40,668 nucleotides of DNA from a virus (lineage: Duplodnaviria > Caudoviricetes). The DNA lies in the IMG/VR virus record IMGVR_UViG_3300028883_000081, positions 1 through 40,668 of that record. One strand, 5' to 3'. The notes under the pieces were generated by a model. It was not told the origin of the DNA. It ran no database searches and saw only the letters and a program-made list of their open reading frames with translations. This document shows positions 1 through 9,263 of the stretch, in pieces (the stretch's first letter is position 1; every line of letters begins with the position of its first letter). Position numbers and translations under genes: made by a program.

Positions 1-42
1 CACGAGACGCCGCCCCACCCCGCAAAGCTGGGGAAGGTTAAA

Positions 43-435
43 ATGACACACGTTATCCCGACTGGATCTAACGAAGCACCGTATCTGAAAGTTGAACCAA
101 CCGAACCTATCGACCTGGATTCCCTGCCGGATGATGAGGTCAACATCACTCCGGACCAACTGCAACACGTCTACGGTACCCCCGTCCCCCTCCCCCCGAT
201 TCACAACCGGAAACTGATGGCTTTCCTCCTCGACCCATCCATCACCAGGGCCATCGGCCTTCAATGGATCGAGGTGGGCATGCTCGCACGAACCCCCCTC
301 GCAGAGTGGCAAACCTCCACACGGATCCTGATCGACCTGGTTATGCAGTTCCGCGAGGCCCGCGAACGTGGCGAGATCATCGACGCCCAACTCCGCGAAG
401 AGTGGGAAATCGATAATAAAAGGAGTTCAATATGA
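43..435 (+). CDS. hypothetical protein upstream of integrase
   Basis: 130-aa ORF with GGGAAGG RBS; stop overlaps the next small ORF; no recognisable motif. Confidence 0.55.
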   Translation: MTHVIPTGSNEAPYLKVEPTEPIDLDSLPDDEVNITPDQLQHVYGTPVPLPPIHNRKLMAFLLDPSITRAIGLQWIEVGMLARTPLAEWQTSTRILIDLVMQFREARERGEIIDAQLREEWEIDNKRSSI

Positions 436-560
436 GCGCAAAACTGGATGATAAGCTAGATAAGACGGCTAAAACCTTATTTCGCGCCGGTATTGGCTTT
501 ATTGTGCTAACATTATCTATTGGTTTTCTCGCTTTTATCGCACTTTTAATCTTCAGCTAA
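432..560 (+). CDS. small single-pass membrane protein (42 aa; not in ORF track)
   Basis: Read manually: MSAKLDDKLDKTAKTLFRAGIGFIVLTLSIGFLAFIALLIFS*; strong AAGGAG RBS, ATGA overlap with upstream stop, ends 2 bp before the integrase ATG; AT-rich. Confidence 0.7.
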   Translation: MSAKLDDKLDKTAKTLFRAGIGFIVLTLSIGFLAFIALLIFS

Positions 561-562
561 AA

Positions 563-1678
563 ATGCCCTCCCTCGAACCCCGCAAAACCAGCAAGGGCAC
601 CAGCTGGCGGTTCGTCTACCAGCTTGACGGCCGGCAGAAGAAAATCACCATCGGGGTGACCAACCAGACCACTGCGCAGAAGCGGTACATCGAACTGGCC
701 AACATCCTCGCATCAGGACGAGATCCCGCTGCCGTCGTCAAGCGCAGCAAAGCGAAGAGCATCAAGCTATCCGAAACCCTTACCCAGGACATGAAATGGT
801 GCGAGGGGCGACGGCAACCCCGCACAATCGAAAGCTACACCTACGCCTGGAACCTGATGGTCGATCACATCGGCGACATCCAGACCGTTCGCCTGACAAA
901 GGAGGACGCTGAGGACTGGATCAAATCCCTCCTCGCCAGGGGATGGTCCCCAGCCGGCGTCGGCATCGTCTTCCGTGCCGTCCGGGCGATCCTGTCACGG
1001 GCCGTCAAGGTCCACGGGATCCTCGAATCCAACCCCTTCAGTGGCGTCCAGGTGCCAAGGATCGACTCGAAACGGCAACAAGCATCCACGCGCCCCAGGT
1101 ACCTGACCCGTGCCGAAGTAGATGCCCTGCTTGAACTGATCCCGGATGGCGAATTGCTCCACCTGGTTCGATTCATGTTGCTTACCGGCGCACGGCCCAG
1201 CGAAGCCCTCGAGATCACATGGAAAAAGGTCGACCTCGACCACAAGGAACTGTGGCTTGGCGACCCCAACAGCCTGACCAAACTGTATCGACGATTCCCG
1301 ATCGGTGACCAGCTGCGCGAATTGATCCTGCAGATCCCCCAGGGGAACCCGAATGATCGCTTGTTCGCCGGCATGGCCACCGATCACCGAGCCCTTGACA
1401 AACGATTCAAACGGCTGTTCGAATCGAAACGATACACGCGTACCCATCCAGCCCCACCAGAAGAGGAGCGGAAACGAAGGCAGCAGCTGATCAGCACGAT
1501 CGGATCGACCACCCCCTACGTCCTTCGCCACACCTTCGCCAGCCATGCCTTGCTGAACGGTGTGCCGATCAAAGTGGTGGCATCCTGGCTGGGCCACACC
1601 ACCACCTACACAACCGAATTGTACGGCCACCTCATCACCGAGATCAGCGATGAATACACCGACCGCATCAAGTTCTAA
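563..1678 (+). CDS. int: tyrosine recombinase / phage integrase
   Basis: N-terminal arm-binding-like region (WRFVYQLDGRQKKITIG); catalytic motifs TGARPSE (R), YVLRHTFAS (HxxR box with H->Y), LGH and TELYGH (Y); adjacent to a tRNA fragment. Confidence 0.95.
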   Translation: MPSLEPRKTSKGTSWRFVYQLDGRQKKITIGVTNQTTAQKRYIELANILASGRDPAAVVKRSKAKSIKLSETLTQDMKWCEGRRQPRTIESYTYAWNLMVDHIGDIQTVRLTKEDAEDWIKSLLARGWSPAGVGIVFRAVRAILSRAVKVHGILESNPFSGVQVPRIDSKRQQASTRPRYLTRAEVDALLELIPDGELLHLVRFMLLTGARPSEALEITWKKVDLDHKELWLGDPNSLTKLYRRFPIGDQLRELILQIPQGNPNDRLFAGMATDHRALDKRFKRLFESKRYTRTHPAPPEEERKRRQQLISTIGSTTPYVLRHTFASHALLNGVPIKVVASWLGHTTTYTTELYGHLITEISDEYTDRIKF

Positions 1679-1695
1679 CTTCCCCTATTCTTCCC
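1677..1695. promoter_or_regulatory. putative integrase arm-type binding sites, left arm
   Basis: Tandem AACTTCCC / TATTCTTCCC with 11-bp period; the same motif occurs in tandem at 1941-1960 on the other side of the att core. Confidence 0.55.
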
Positions 1696-1753
1696 GCACC
1701 GCTCGCCCAGATTAGCATTTCCTATCTATTTCATAAGTTACTAGTACATCACC

Positions 1754-1803
1754 CCTGCCTGGGGGTCAGGGGGTCGCTGGTTCAAATCCAGTCGCTCCGA
1801 CAA
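1754..1803 (+). other. att core: 3' half of tRNA-Pro(GGG) (not a complete tRNA)
   Basis: CCTGC-CTGGGGG-TCAGG-GGGTC-GCTGGTTCAAATCCAGT-CGCTCCGA: anticodon loop with GGG, T-arm with GGTTCAAATCC, Pro-type 3' end; no 5' acceptor strand or D-arm upstream. Confidence 0.88.
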
Positions 1804-1804
1804 G

Positions 1805-1845
1805 ACAGGCCATCGGCGGAATCCCGCTGATGGCCTGTTGTTTTT
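1805..1845 (+). terminator. intrinsic terminator after the tRNA fragment
   Basis: 15-bp stem ACAGGCCATCGGCGG-AATC-CCGCTGATGGCCTGT (one G-U) followed by TGTTTTT. Confidence 0.85.
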
Positions 1846-1940
1846 CGTTAGCCCACCTGACTTCCACATGGTTCCGTCAGCACTTCCTGTGCTTCATACG
1901 GATGTCGTATATCGTTGTTTATTGCTCTGTTTTGCGTACG

Positions 1941-1960
1941 ATTCTTCCCTTATTCTTCCC
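1941..1960. promoter_or_regulatory. putative integrase arm-type binding sites, right arm
   Basis: ATTCTTCCC-T-TATTCTTCCC tandem, matching 1686-1695. Confidence 0.55.
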
Positions 1961-2082
1961 AAGCCGAGTGCTCGAATCCCACGCCCAGCCGGTGAGGGCT
2001 TCAACCCCTCCTTGCTTCCCACCTTCCGTGATAGCTCAAACAGGTCGTTGTTCCCGTAATATCCCCTCAATGGCGATTCATT

Positions 2083-3012
2083 TCATTCAATAACTACAAC
2101 GCGCCCATTTCGAATCGTCGTATCTGACTCGTAGAGTATGCCGTATAAGCCAGACGAGACACTGCCTAAGTCTACCTGGATACTGGACACTGCGGATTCC
2201 GTATACACAGAAGCGATCAGTCGGCCTTGAATATTGAAAACCGACAGTTTCCCAGAGGAGTGTAGTATTGGGTTTAGGATGTTGATTGGACCTTTCGTCG
2301 GATTCGGCCAGATGAGCAAATCTGATTTCGTTGCCATTGGTTGAATCGATGCAGAATCTGGATTAGTGGTCATGACATGGTAAATCCGTGTCGCGATATC
2401 CGCCATTCCTAAATCACCAGGATGGCCAGCCACTTGTGGATTATCAAAGAGACCTTCCGCTGATCTGCCGGGCAGTGTTCTCAATCCCGCGATACTGGCG
2501 AATCGCCAGCCCTCTTGGCTAGCCAATTCACTTAACAATCCATCTACACGACTGTTTGCCCACCATCTACTGACAACGAGGACTTCTGGTGAGGATCCAC
2601 TCGCGACTAAATCGATCAGGTCCAGCACAACTTGGCGAAACAAAACCGCATCCAGAGTGTCAGCATGCACGCTGTCACCAATAAACAGAATGACCCAATC
2701 AAACGAACGTGCGCCCAAATCGCTGTACTGCTCAAGGTTGAAGGTGCCGTATTGCAGACCGGCTCGTGCAGCCCCCCTCGTAGTAATAATCCCACCACCT
2801 GTCATGCGTGTGAGATGATGCACATAATCACTATCCGCTACCGACGCAGCCATACCCCAGTCACCAAACCACCCAATTGAGGGCTGGGGAGCATGCCGGG
2901 TAATACTGTTTCCCAAAACTAGAAATCTACCCTGCCCGAATAATTGGCAGGGTAGACCAAAAAACAGAAGCAAGAGAAATAGGACATTAATTTTCACTTG
3001 CAGACACCTCAC
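2083..3012 (-). CDS. secreted SGNH/GDSL hydrolase with T9SS (Por) type A C-terminal sorting domain
   Basis: Hydrophobic signal peptide; LGNSITRH...WGMAAS block I; GHPGDLGM block V; C-terminus IWPNPTKG...SVFNIQGRLI...VDLGSVSSGLY...RVVVIE fits the Por sorting-domain pattern; lower GC than core. Confidence 0.82.
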   Translation of the reverse strand: MRCLQVKINVLFLLLLFFGLPCQLFGQGRFLVLGNSITRHAPQPSIGWFGDWGMAASVADSDYVHHLTRMTGGGIITTRGAARAGLQYGTFNLEQYSDLGARSFDWVILFIGDSVHADTLDAVLFRQVVLDLIDLVASGSSPEVLVVSRWWANSRVDGLLSELASQEGWRFASIAGLRTLPGRSAEGLFDNPQVAGHPGDLGMADIATRIYHVMTTNPDSASIQPMATKSDLLIWPNPTKGPINILNPILHSSGKLSVFNIQGRLIASVYTESAVSSIQVDLGSVSSGLYGILYESDTTIRNGRVVVIE

Positions 3013-5213
3013 TCATCATCTGTAACACGGGATATCTCCCAGAAGGCCCCATCGGCCCACATAAATACAAAGATATGGCGCTTGTTGATCGTCGTTGTCC
3101 CTAACGCACCAACACCCGACTGCCAATTGATGCGTGAATCCCAGCTCGAGATTGTTCGTGCGCTGCCCCCACCGCGCAGCATGAAAACCAACAACTCGCC
3201 CTTGTGTAATGGCTCCGAAAACGTAATACTATCAACCGTTCCGGTGGCATGGAGTTTCCATACTTTCCTTTGCGACCAACTGACAGTTATGTCAGATTCG
3301 TAAGGAATTATACCATACTCGTCAGCGACCGAGCGCCAAAGCTCTTGACACTTATCCCCTTTATCATTAACCCGGAACGCGGCAACAGATCCCTCCCCCC
3401 CAAAATAGCCACCAGTAAGACCTAGTGCAGAATAGGATGCGTCCATCCCTGATTTGGCAGTTGTTCGAACAATAAATTCTTGGCCTCTTCGACCGCCTAG
3501 AACTGCAGTAATCAGTTCTCCAGAAGGCACGGCGCTCGTAGTAGCAACGTTTGAAGTGCCACCGTCGATATTGACATCCTCACCACTCTGCCACGATCCA
3601 GTGACATTGATAAGCCAGAATTCACCGACAGCATCACCACCCGCCCAAGAGCCTGAATCCACAACCCTCTTCACCAGAATACCGGTCGCACCACTGGTAG
3701 CACCCACCAGTTTCGGGTAACTCGCTCCTGGATCAGAGGAACCTGAAGTGAAGGTAATCTTGGTTGTGAGGTGAAATCGATCTTTCCCACTTGCAATATC
3801 CAAGCTTGTGGCGTCCGGGTCTACATATTCCCAGTAGGCAATGTTGCCGGGATAATCACTTCCCCAAGCATTCTTGCCAATATGGATATTTGAGCAGAGA
3901 TTATAATCGACACTGACAGCCTCGGCTACGCCATTGCCTCCAAAGGTATTCCCTGCCAGGTAGAAGCCATCCACACGCCGAACACTGATGCCGCGATTCG
4001 CGTTTCCACCCAGGTACGCACCAGTGATTGTAATGTCTTCCGGTGTCAGGTACGTTTTACCTGTCCCCGTGTCGTCACCCAGATGACCAATATTGATCCC
4101 ACTCGATGGGTCAGACTCAGTAAACCGTCCACCAATAATCTGGATACGCTTGGGCACAGGCACAGAATCCGGATTGCCTTCACCTGTATTATCCAAACCA
4201 TAAATGTATACGCCGACATTGCACCCAATCGCTGCACAGTTCAGGAGCGTGTTATCCTCACAAACAGCATGATCCCCGGCACCTGAGAGGTTGTCGGACT
4301 TAAAAGTAAAGCCATCCTGTACAGCATCGAACGCCGTACAATCCTCAAATCTCACCCGCTTTGATTTGCTTACGAAGCCATGATTTCCGCCATAGGACTG
4401 GCAACGTCGAACCAGGATATCTGCAGTCTCACCATCGTAGGACTGGATTAAAAACGCGTGGTCATTTGCTTTCCCTTTGACATCCAGAATCTGGATATCA
4501 GAGGAATCCCCGCTGATGACAATGCAATTCTGGTCCGCGCCATCATTCTGGATTCCCAAGTCACAGATAGTCGCCCCGACTACATCTGTGCAACTAATTT
4601 TCCCTTTCAGAACCGAGCCACCAACGAACGCTGCCCCATTCCAGACGGCACGGTACCCTGAGATATTCATCCCACTGAAACCTGTATGATTTCCACCAAG
4701 ATATGTCTTATTGTCCTCCATCCGAATGGGCGCCTGGACAGCGAATGCACGGTCGATCGCATCAGAATCGTCGGTTACACCATTACCAACAGCGCCGAAC
4801 CATTCGAGCTTCAATGCCTGCCCGGCATTCGAAACAGCAAGCGTCAAGTCTGGACCAAACACCTGGCGGGGTGGCGCATCAATTCTCCCTTCGACTGTGA
4901 GGGTGAACGCACCATCCAGTGATCCAATTTCGGAAAAGCCAAGCGTAATCGAATCCGGTACTGTCAGATCCGCAGTCAACGTCACGGCACCTGCGATGGT
5001 GATATGGCCACCCCCGGCAGTCAACTCGGTCACAGCAGTCCGAATACTAGCCTCTTCTGCCAACCACCTGGTTGGAGCAACTTCAAGACTTCGATGCATG
5101 ATCATCGGGGGTGCCGACCCGGCACTGTCAGCAGTACCGTAGTGATCGTGGTTCTGCATGGCATTGAGATCGCTGGCGAGGAAAACATCACCCGAATTAA
5201 ACGTCTTCGGCAT
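3009..5213 (-). CDS. tail fibre/spike with pectate-lyase-like right-handed beta-helix (putative depolymerase)
   Basis: WFGAVGNGVTDDSDAIDRAF motif followed by beta-helix-like repeats; directly downstream of baseplate genes; lower GC. Confidence 0.82.
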   Translation of the reverse strand: MPKTFNSGDVFLASDLNAMQNHDHYGTADSAGSAPPMIMHRSLEVAPTRWLAEEASIRTAVTELTAGGGHITIAGAVTLTADLTVPDSITLGFSEIGSLDGAFTLTVEGRIDAPPRQVFGPDLTLAVSNAGQALKLEWFGAVGNGVTDDSDAIDRAFAVQAPIRMEDNKTYLGGNHTGFSGMNISGYRAVWNGAAFVGGSVLKGKISCTDVVGATICDLGIQNDGADQNCIVISGDSSDIQILDVKGKANDHAFLIQSYDGETADILVRRCQSYGGNHGFVSKSKRVRFEDCTAFDAVQDGFTFKSDNLSGAGDHAVCEDNTLLNCAAIGCNVGVYIYGLDNTGEGNPDSVPVPKRIQIIGGRFTESDPSSGINIGHLGDDTGTGKTYLTPEDITITGAYLGGNANRGISVRRVDGFYLAGNTFGGNGVAEAVSVDYNLCSNIHIGKNAWGSDYPGNIAYWEYVDPDATSLDIASGKDRFHLTTKITFTSGSSDPGASYPKLVGATSGATGILVKRVVDSGSWAGGDAVGEFWLINVTGSWQSGEDVNIDGGTSNVATTSAVPSGELITAVLGGRRGQEFIVRTTAKSGMDASYSALGLTGGYFGGEGSVAAFRVNDKGDKCQELWRSVADEYGIIPYESDITVSWSQRKVWKLHATGTVDSITFSEPLHKGELLVFMLRGGGSARTISSWDSRINWQSGVGALGTTTINKRHIFVFMWADGAFWEISRVTDDE

Positions 5214-5780
5214 TTACGCCTCCTGGTAGCTGAATTCCAGGGTCATCCACCCCGGTGTGAATCGACGCACCAAATCTTCGATCGACATCCACGGCTCGAA
5301 TCCTTCAAAAGGATCTATATCGAGACGGCTTACGTCGAGGGTGAAATAGGTATACGGACTGACTTCATCCACGTCGACCAAACGATGCCCGGCCGTGGGC
5401 ATGCTGACTGCAACCGTATACCCCAGGTCCGACACCACCGATTCGATCCACGATTCCGTGGCCTTCTTTCCCCGCCTGTAGGCGGTCGCGCAACGGACAC
5501 GGATCTGGTCGTCCGTCTCATCTTCGTAACGGGTCACCCCCAGCGCTTCCGCCCAACGGTCCAGATCCACGGCCGTTTCCGGGATACATTCGTTGAACAC
5601 CGAAGCCAACCCATCCTCGACCTGTACAAATTCCGCTGCAATCGTTTCCAGCAGAGCCGTGAACACTGGCCCTTGCAGACGTTCCCACAAGGGTCCCCGC
5701 GGCAGTAGGCGACGCAGCATCGAGGCAAACATCGATTCGGTGTAGGGATTTACCAGACGGATCGTTGCTGGATCCACCAT
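5214..5780 (-). CDS. baseplate wedge protein (Mu gp48 / YmfQ-like)
   Basis: LRRLLPRGPLW...ECIPETAVDLDRWAEALG pattern; follows the baseplate J gene. Confidence 0.85.
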   Translation of the reverse strand: MVDPATIRLVNPYTESMFASMLRRLLPRGPLWERLQGPVFTALLETIAAEFVQVEDGLASVFNECIPETAVDLDRWAEALGVTRYEDETDDQIRVRCATAYRRGKKATESWIESVVSDLGYTVAVSMPTAGHRLVDVDEVSPYTYFTLDVSRLDIDPFEGFEPWMSIEDLVRRFTPGWMTLEFSYQEA

Positions 5781-5782
5781 AA

Positions 5783-6901
5783 CTAATCCTCCGACCAGGT
5801 AATTCCGGTCAGGCTGATGTATTCACCGCCCGTCAGATCGATGTCGTTCAATCCGTTTTCGATCCACCCTATACCATCGTCTCGGTTGATCTTCACACTG
5901 TCCACCGTGTAGAAGGTCACGCCGCTCCGGTTTAATGCTGCATGGATGGTCGAGGCACGCATCAGCCCGCCTGGCACCACATCCTCGAGGATCTGTTCAC
6001 GCAGGTTCGTTTCGATCAGGCGACGGGTGGAATAACTCGGCATCGGACTTCTGAACAGGGCAAGAGAAAGCATCACCGGTTCCAGCTGAACCATGTTCAC
6101 CAGGCCCGCACCACCGAGACGGCTGGCATCCTCGACATAGGCTTTTACTTCCGCAATCTTCGCAGCGCTCGGGATCGGATCCTCGCCAGCAATCGCGAAC
6201 GACAACCCCACTGTGCCCGCTCCAGCTGCACCACGCGTTGCCCAGGCTCGTGATACGCCTGAGACTTCCTCTGCCCATTGTTCTATATCAAGCAAGTTGC
6301 CGATACCGTCTGCCGACGCCTGATCGTGACGGATCATCCGGACACGGAAAGCCTCGTCGGTTTCCGCATCTTCCCCGCCCGTGACACCATCCGCACCGAT
6401 CGACACCTCGCTGTCCACCCCTGCGATGGGCGAAGCCAGGGTCAGCACACCACCCCCCGTTGCATTGCCGGTCACCCCCGCCGTATCACAGACCACCACC
6501 ACCCCTTCCCCGTTCGGCGGATCGGCCGGGATGTCGTAATCATCCTGCGTCGTATAGGTCACGCCATCCGCACGAACCAGCACCGTCCCACTGGGCAACG
6601 TCACACCCTCCGTTCCGGAAGGCAGCACCAATCCGCCCGCGGCAGATGCAGCCTTCCTGCTGATCGGACGGACCGCTTCCAGCCTGGGCAACCCATCCGC
6701 ATCGGCGTACGCGGGGAACACCTGGTTGCCGAGGTGTTCAATCCTGCCGTGCAGCTGGTGAATCCCGCCTGCCACCGCAGAGAGAATCGCCCCGTAGACC
6801 GAGTGCTCCGCAGGCGAAAGCGAAGCCGCCCCCACCTTCGAAGCGAAGGTCTGCAGCATACGGGTCCGGATCTGGTCGACTGTTGGTCGTGTGTACGTCA
6901 T
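5783..6901 (-). CDS. baseplate J-like protein (Mu gp47)
   Basis: GGEDAETDEAFRVR, WAEEVSGVSRAW, GAGTV motifs. Confidence 0.92.
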   Translation of the reverse strand: MTYTRPTVDQIRTRMLQTFASKVGAASLSPAEHSVYGAILSAVAGGIHQLHGRIEHLGNQVFPAYADADGLPRLEAVRPISRKAASAAGGLVLPSGTEGVTLPSGTVLVRADGVTYTTQDDYDIPADPPNGEGVVVVCDTAGVTGNATGGGVLTLASPIAGVDSEVSIGADGVTGGEDAETDEAFRVRMIRHDQASADGIGNLLDIEQWAEEVSGVSRAWATRGAAGAGTVGLSFAIAGEDPIPSAAKIAEVKAYVEDASRLGGAGLVNMVQLEPVMLSLALFRSPMPSYSTRRLIETNLREQILEDVVPGGLMRASTIHAALNRSGVTFYTVDSVKINRDDGIGWIENGLNDIDLTGGEYISLTGITWSED

Positions 6902-7407
6902 CTCGCGATTCTCCCTTCATTCCACAAGTAGCTGTATTGAAAAACAAGCGGATCCGCTCCGGCACCCGCTGACCCCGGTGCAGGACTCGGCACCCCCGCG
7001 CGACGTTGACCGGCGGACCGTTCCAGCCTGACCGTGAGCAGCACCCTGTCACGCCTGCTGCGGTCACGTTCCAGAAGCGCCGTGACCGCACTCACCATCC
7101 CGATATCCACCATCCAGGACAACCCGGCCTCGATCACATCCGACAGATCCGCAAGGGTCTCCTCGCTGATCTTTGACCGACGATAGAGCCACAGCTTTGA
7201 CCCAAGCGGAGTAAGCGTCAGAGCATCGCACCACCACCCGCCACGGTACCCGCTGTTGTCCGGCAGGGTATCCCCCTCTTCAGCCGGAGCGTCGGTCCCC
7301 AGGCTGACACGGATCGCTGCGTCCAACCCTGTATCCGTCTGCAGATCCCCGGACTCGATCGACAGGTCCAGATCCCCTTCGCCCGTCTCTACAATCTTCA
7401 GGTCCAT
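6898..7407 (-). CDS. baseplate protein (Mu gp46-like)
   Basis: SLGTDAPA...RGGWWCD...GSKLWLYRRSK...LSWMVD motif. Confidence 0.9.
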   Translation of the reverse strand: MDLKIVETGEGDLDLSIESGDLQTDTGLDAAIRVSLGTDAPAEEGDTLPDNSGYRGGWWCDALTLTPLGSKLWLYRRSKISEETLADLSDVIEAGLSWMVDIGMVSAVTALLERDRSRRDRVLLTVRLERSAGQRRAGVPSPAPGSAGAGADPLVFQYSYLWNEGRIAR

Positions 7408-7422
7408 GTACTTTCCCTGCCA

Positions 7423-7513
7423 GGGTGGCCCGACTTGCTTGTCAAGTCGGGTTTATTCATCTAGTGTAGGCCGGGGTTTCCAACCCCGGCGATGATGCCG
7501 TCAAGCATCGACC
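7423..7513 (+). repeat. REP-like composite element, family A (full copy)
   Basis: GGGTGG-CCCGACTTG.CAAGTCGGG-TTTATTCATC..GTAG-GCCGGGGTT.AACCCCGGC-..GATGC..GCATC; three hairpins; recurs at 12820, 25617, 28712 and 29952. Confidence 0.92.
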
Positions 7514-7524
7514 GCTGTCCGCTC

Positions 7525-7998
7525 CTACCCCGCCACAAACACCTTTGTGCTGGGCACTCCCGACTGTCCCGTTGGCCCGTACAGCACTGCATTTGCTGGT
7601 CCCGGCACTGCCACATCCCCGGCCAGCTGAACCATCGGCGCTTCCACCACCACCTTCGTCCCGTGCTTCACCCGGATTTCCCCCTCCTGCAGGTGGACCG
7701 AGTTCCCCCACTGGTCGTAGAGCGACGCTTCCCCCACCGCGCCCAGTTCGAAACGAAACCCCGCGTGCTCCACCGCCAGCACGATGTGGTGCGCCCCGTC
7801 GATCCTCGACAGCAGCACCTGGGATCCCAACGGAGGCAGACCCGCCAGCCCGAAGTTTTCCAGACGGATCACATCATCCAGGATGGTCATGTCTGGAAGC
7901 CTGCGGACACGTAACCGTTGCAACCCGTCTTCAACAGGAGTGGCCGCCAGGATAATCCCGCGCACGATCTGCGCCTGTGGTGTCGGGATCCGGTTCAT
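7525..7998 (-). CDS. baseplate assembly / spike protein (Mu gp45-like)
   Basis: RLENFGLAGLPPLGS...GEASLYDQWG..VHL motif; synteny; start adjusted to the ATG overlapping the upstream stop. Confidence 0.88.
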   Translation of the reverse strand: MNRIPTPQAQIVRGIILAATPVEDGLQRLRVRRLPDMTILDDVIRLENFGLAGLPPLGSQVLLSRIDGAHHIVLAVEHAGFRFELGAVGEASLYDQWGNSVHLQEGEIRVKHGTKVVVEAPMVQLAGDVAVPGPANAVLYGPTGQSGVPSTKVFVAG

Positions 7999-9029
7999 CA
8001 CCAATCCCCCAATGCCAGGTCCTCGTCCACCACATCCACTTCCGGCTGGAAGAGGAACATGTCCTTCCGGCGCAGCACCATCGTTGTCCTGGACCCTTGG
8101 TCCTCACTCACCCCCAGCGTCCGTTCCGCGATCAGCAGATTCGTATCCAGACCAAGCGAGGGGTATTCGATCGGGGCAACCGCATTCAACGGCCACAGCT
8201 GCCCATCTTCCTGAACCAATCCGGGGACCATCGCCTCGACCCCCACCGCACGGGCTGCACGGACCGTCGCTTCCCAGGCCGCACGTTCCTTCAGATAATC
8301 AGCCGAGTATCCGGATACGATCAGCGTTTTAGGTCGGTTTCGGCTGACACCGGCATCCGCCGATGCCCCCTCGTGCGGCACCGCTTCCCCATCTTCATTG
8401 ACCGTGTATCCAACAATCCGGTAATCGCTGAAACGCCCCCGATTATCGATGTTCAACCCCACACTCGAGAGGTTGACCCCTTCACGTAGGGAAGAGGCAC
8501 GTCCTGCCGCGCCCGGTTTCGTCAACAGAATCCTCTCGCCTTCCTCGTCCCAGGTGGGCAGCACCATACGCCTGCGGCAGGCACGTTCCATCGCTTCCCA
8601 GGCCGTCTCCGCAGGCTGCAGCGTGAATTCCCCGATTGGTTCGCCCTGGTCCACTCCGGATCCGAGCGCCACGTCCATCCCGAACGGATCCACCAGCTTC
8701 TGCACCAGGTCACGCAACGGCTGATTCTTGTACTGCTTCGCTTCCGCCGAACAGTCGACCAAGTCCCCCGTCCGGCTACGGCCGGTCACAAGCAGGCGAG
8801 TCCCGCGTGAGGTTTTTGATGGCCGCATCACATCGACCCACCCGCGCAGTACTACCGCTTCATCCACCAGGATGGTGATCAGGGCACTGCTGAGCCCGTT
8901 CTGCTGGGTGCTGGGCACAGGGAAAACCGCCGTGAAGGAACCTGCGATTTCCCCCACCGCGTGACGGACCACCAGGCTTTCCCAGCCCGTGACCTCCACC
9001 CCATCCGCCTTCATCACCATCCGAGACAT
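7998..9029 (-). CDS. baseplate hub protein (Mu gpP / gp44-like)
   Basis: GWESLVVR, GRSRTGDLVDCS, QPAETAWEAMER, RFSDY, RAAWEA motifs. Confidence 0.92.
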   Translation of the reverse strand: MSRMVMKADGVEVTGWESLVVRHAVGEIAGSFTAVFPVPSTQQNGLSSALITILVDEAVVLRGWVDVMRPSKTSRGTRLLVTGRSRTGDLVDCSAEAKQYKNQPLRDLVQKLVDPFGMDVALGSGVDQGEPIGEFTLQPAETAWEAMERACRRRMVLPTWDEEGERILLTKPGAAGRASSLREGVNLSSVGLNIDNRGRFSDYRIVGYTVNEDGEAVPHEGASADAGVSRNRPKTLIVSGYSADYLKERAAWEATVRAARAVGVEAMVPGLVQEDGQLWPLNAVAPIEYPSLGLDTNLLIAERTLGVSEDQGSRTTMVLRRKDMFLFQPEVDVVDEDLALGDW

Positions 9030-9161
9030 AAAGCTCCGGAGACCTCGCTGTTTTTCTGCGACTTAGGTTTGACAATAACCGTTTTGTTCTAATAGGGACT
9101 AAAACAAATGGGGTTTTCTTTGATTCAGTACTTTTATTACTATCCAAAAAGGGCATAACCC

Positions 9162-9260
9162 ATGTTTACCGAAGTCGTCTCGACCCTTGCTGGAATAGCA
9201 GGCATTACCTGGTTTGGCTTCTACCTCTACGACCGCTTCCATAGACGACGGGGTGAGTGA
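9162..9260 (+). CDS. small antisense-oriented hydrophobic peptide (32 aa; not in ORF track)
   Basis: MFTEVVSTLAGIAGITWFGFYLYDRFHRRRGE*; preceded by AAAAGGG and a ~110-bp AT-rich stretch containing TTGACA (9069-9074). Confidence 0.55.
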   Translation: MFTEVVSTLAGIAGITWFGFYLYDRFHRRRGE

Positions 9261-9263
9261 TCC

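Noticed and set aside
1741-1803. Complete tRNA gene
   Set aside because: The 5' acceptor strand and D-arm are absent; it is an att core only
3009-5213. Diversity-generating retroelement or invertible tail-fibre cassette
   Set aside because: No reverse transcriptase, invertase or TR/VR-like duplicate was seen in the window
6955-7010. Possible repeat-derived insertion in the gp46 C-terminus (RRAGVPSPAPGSAGAGA)
   Set aside because: Contains GGGTGCC on the minus strand but no convincing stem; cannot be supported without an alignment
8860-9156. 98-aa minus-strand ORF in the AT-rich insert
   Set aside because: Overlaps the hub gene out of frame and has no recognisable features; the + strand peptide is more plausible
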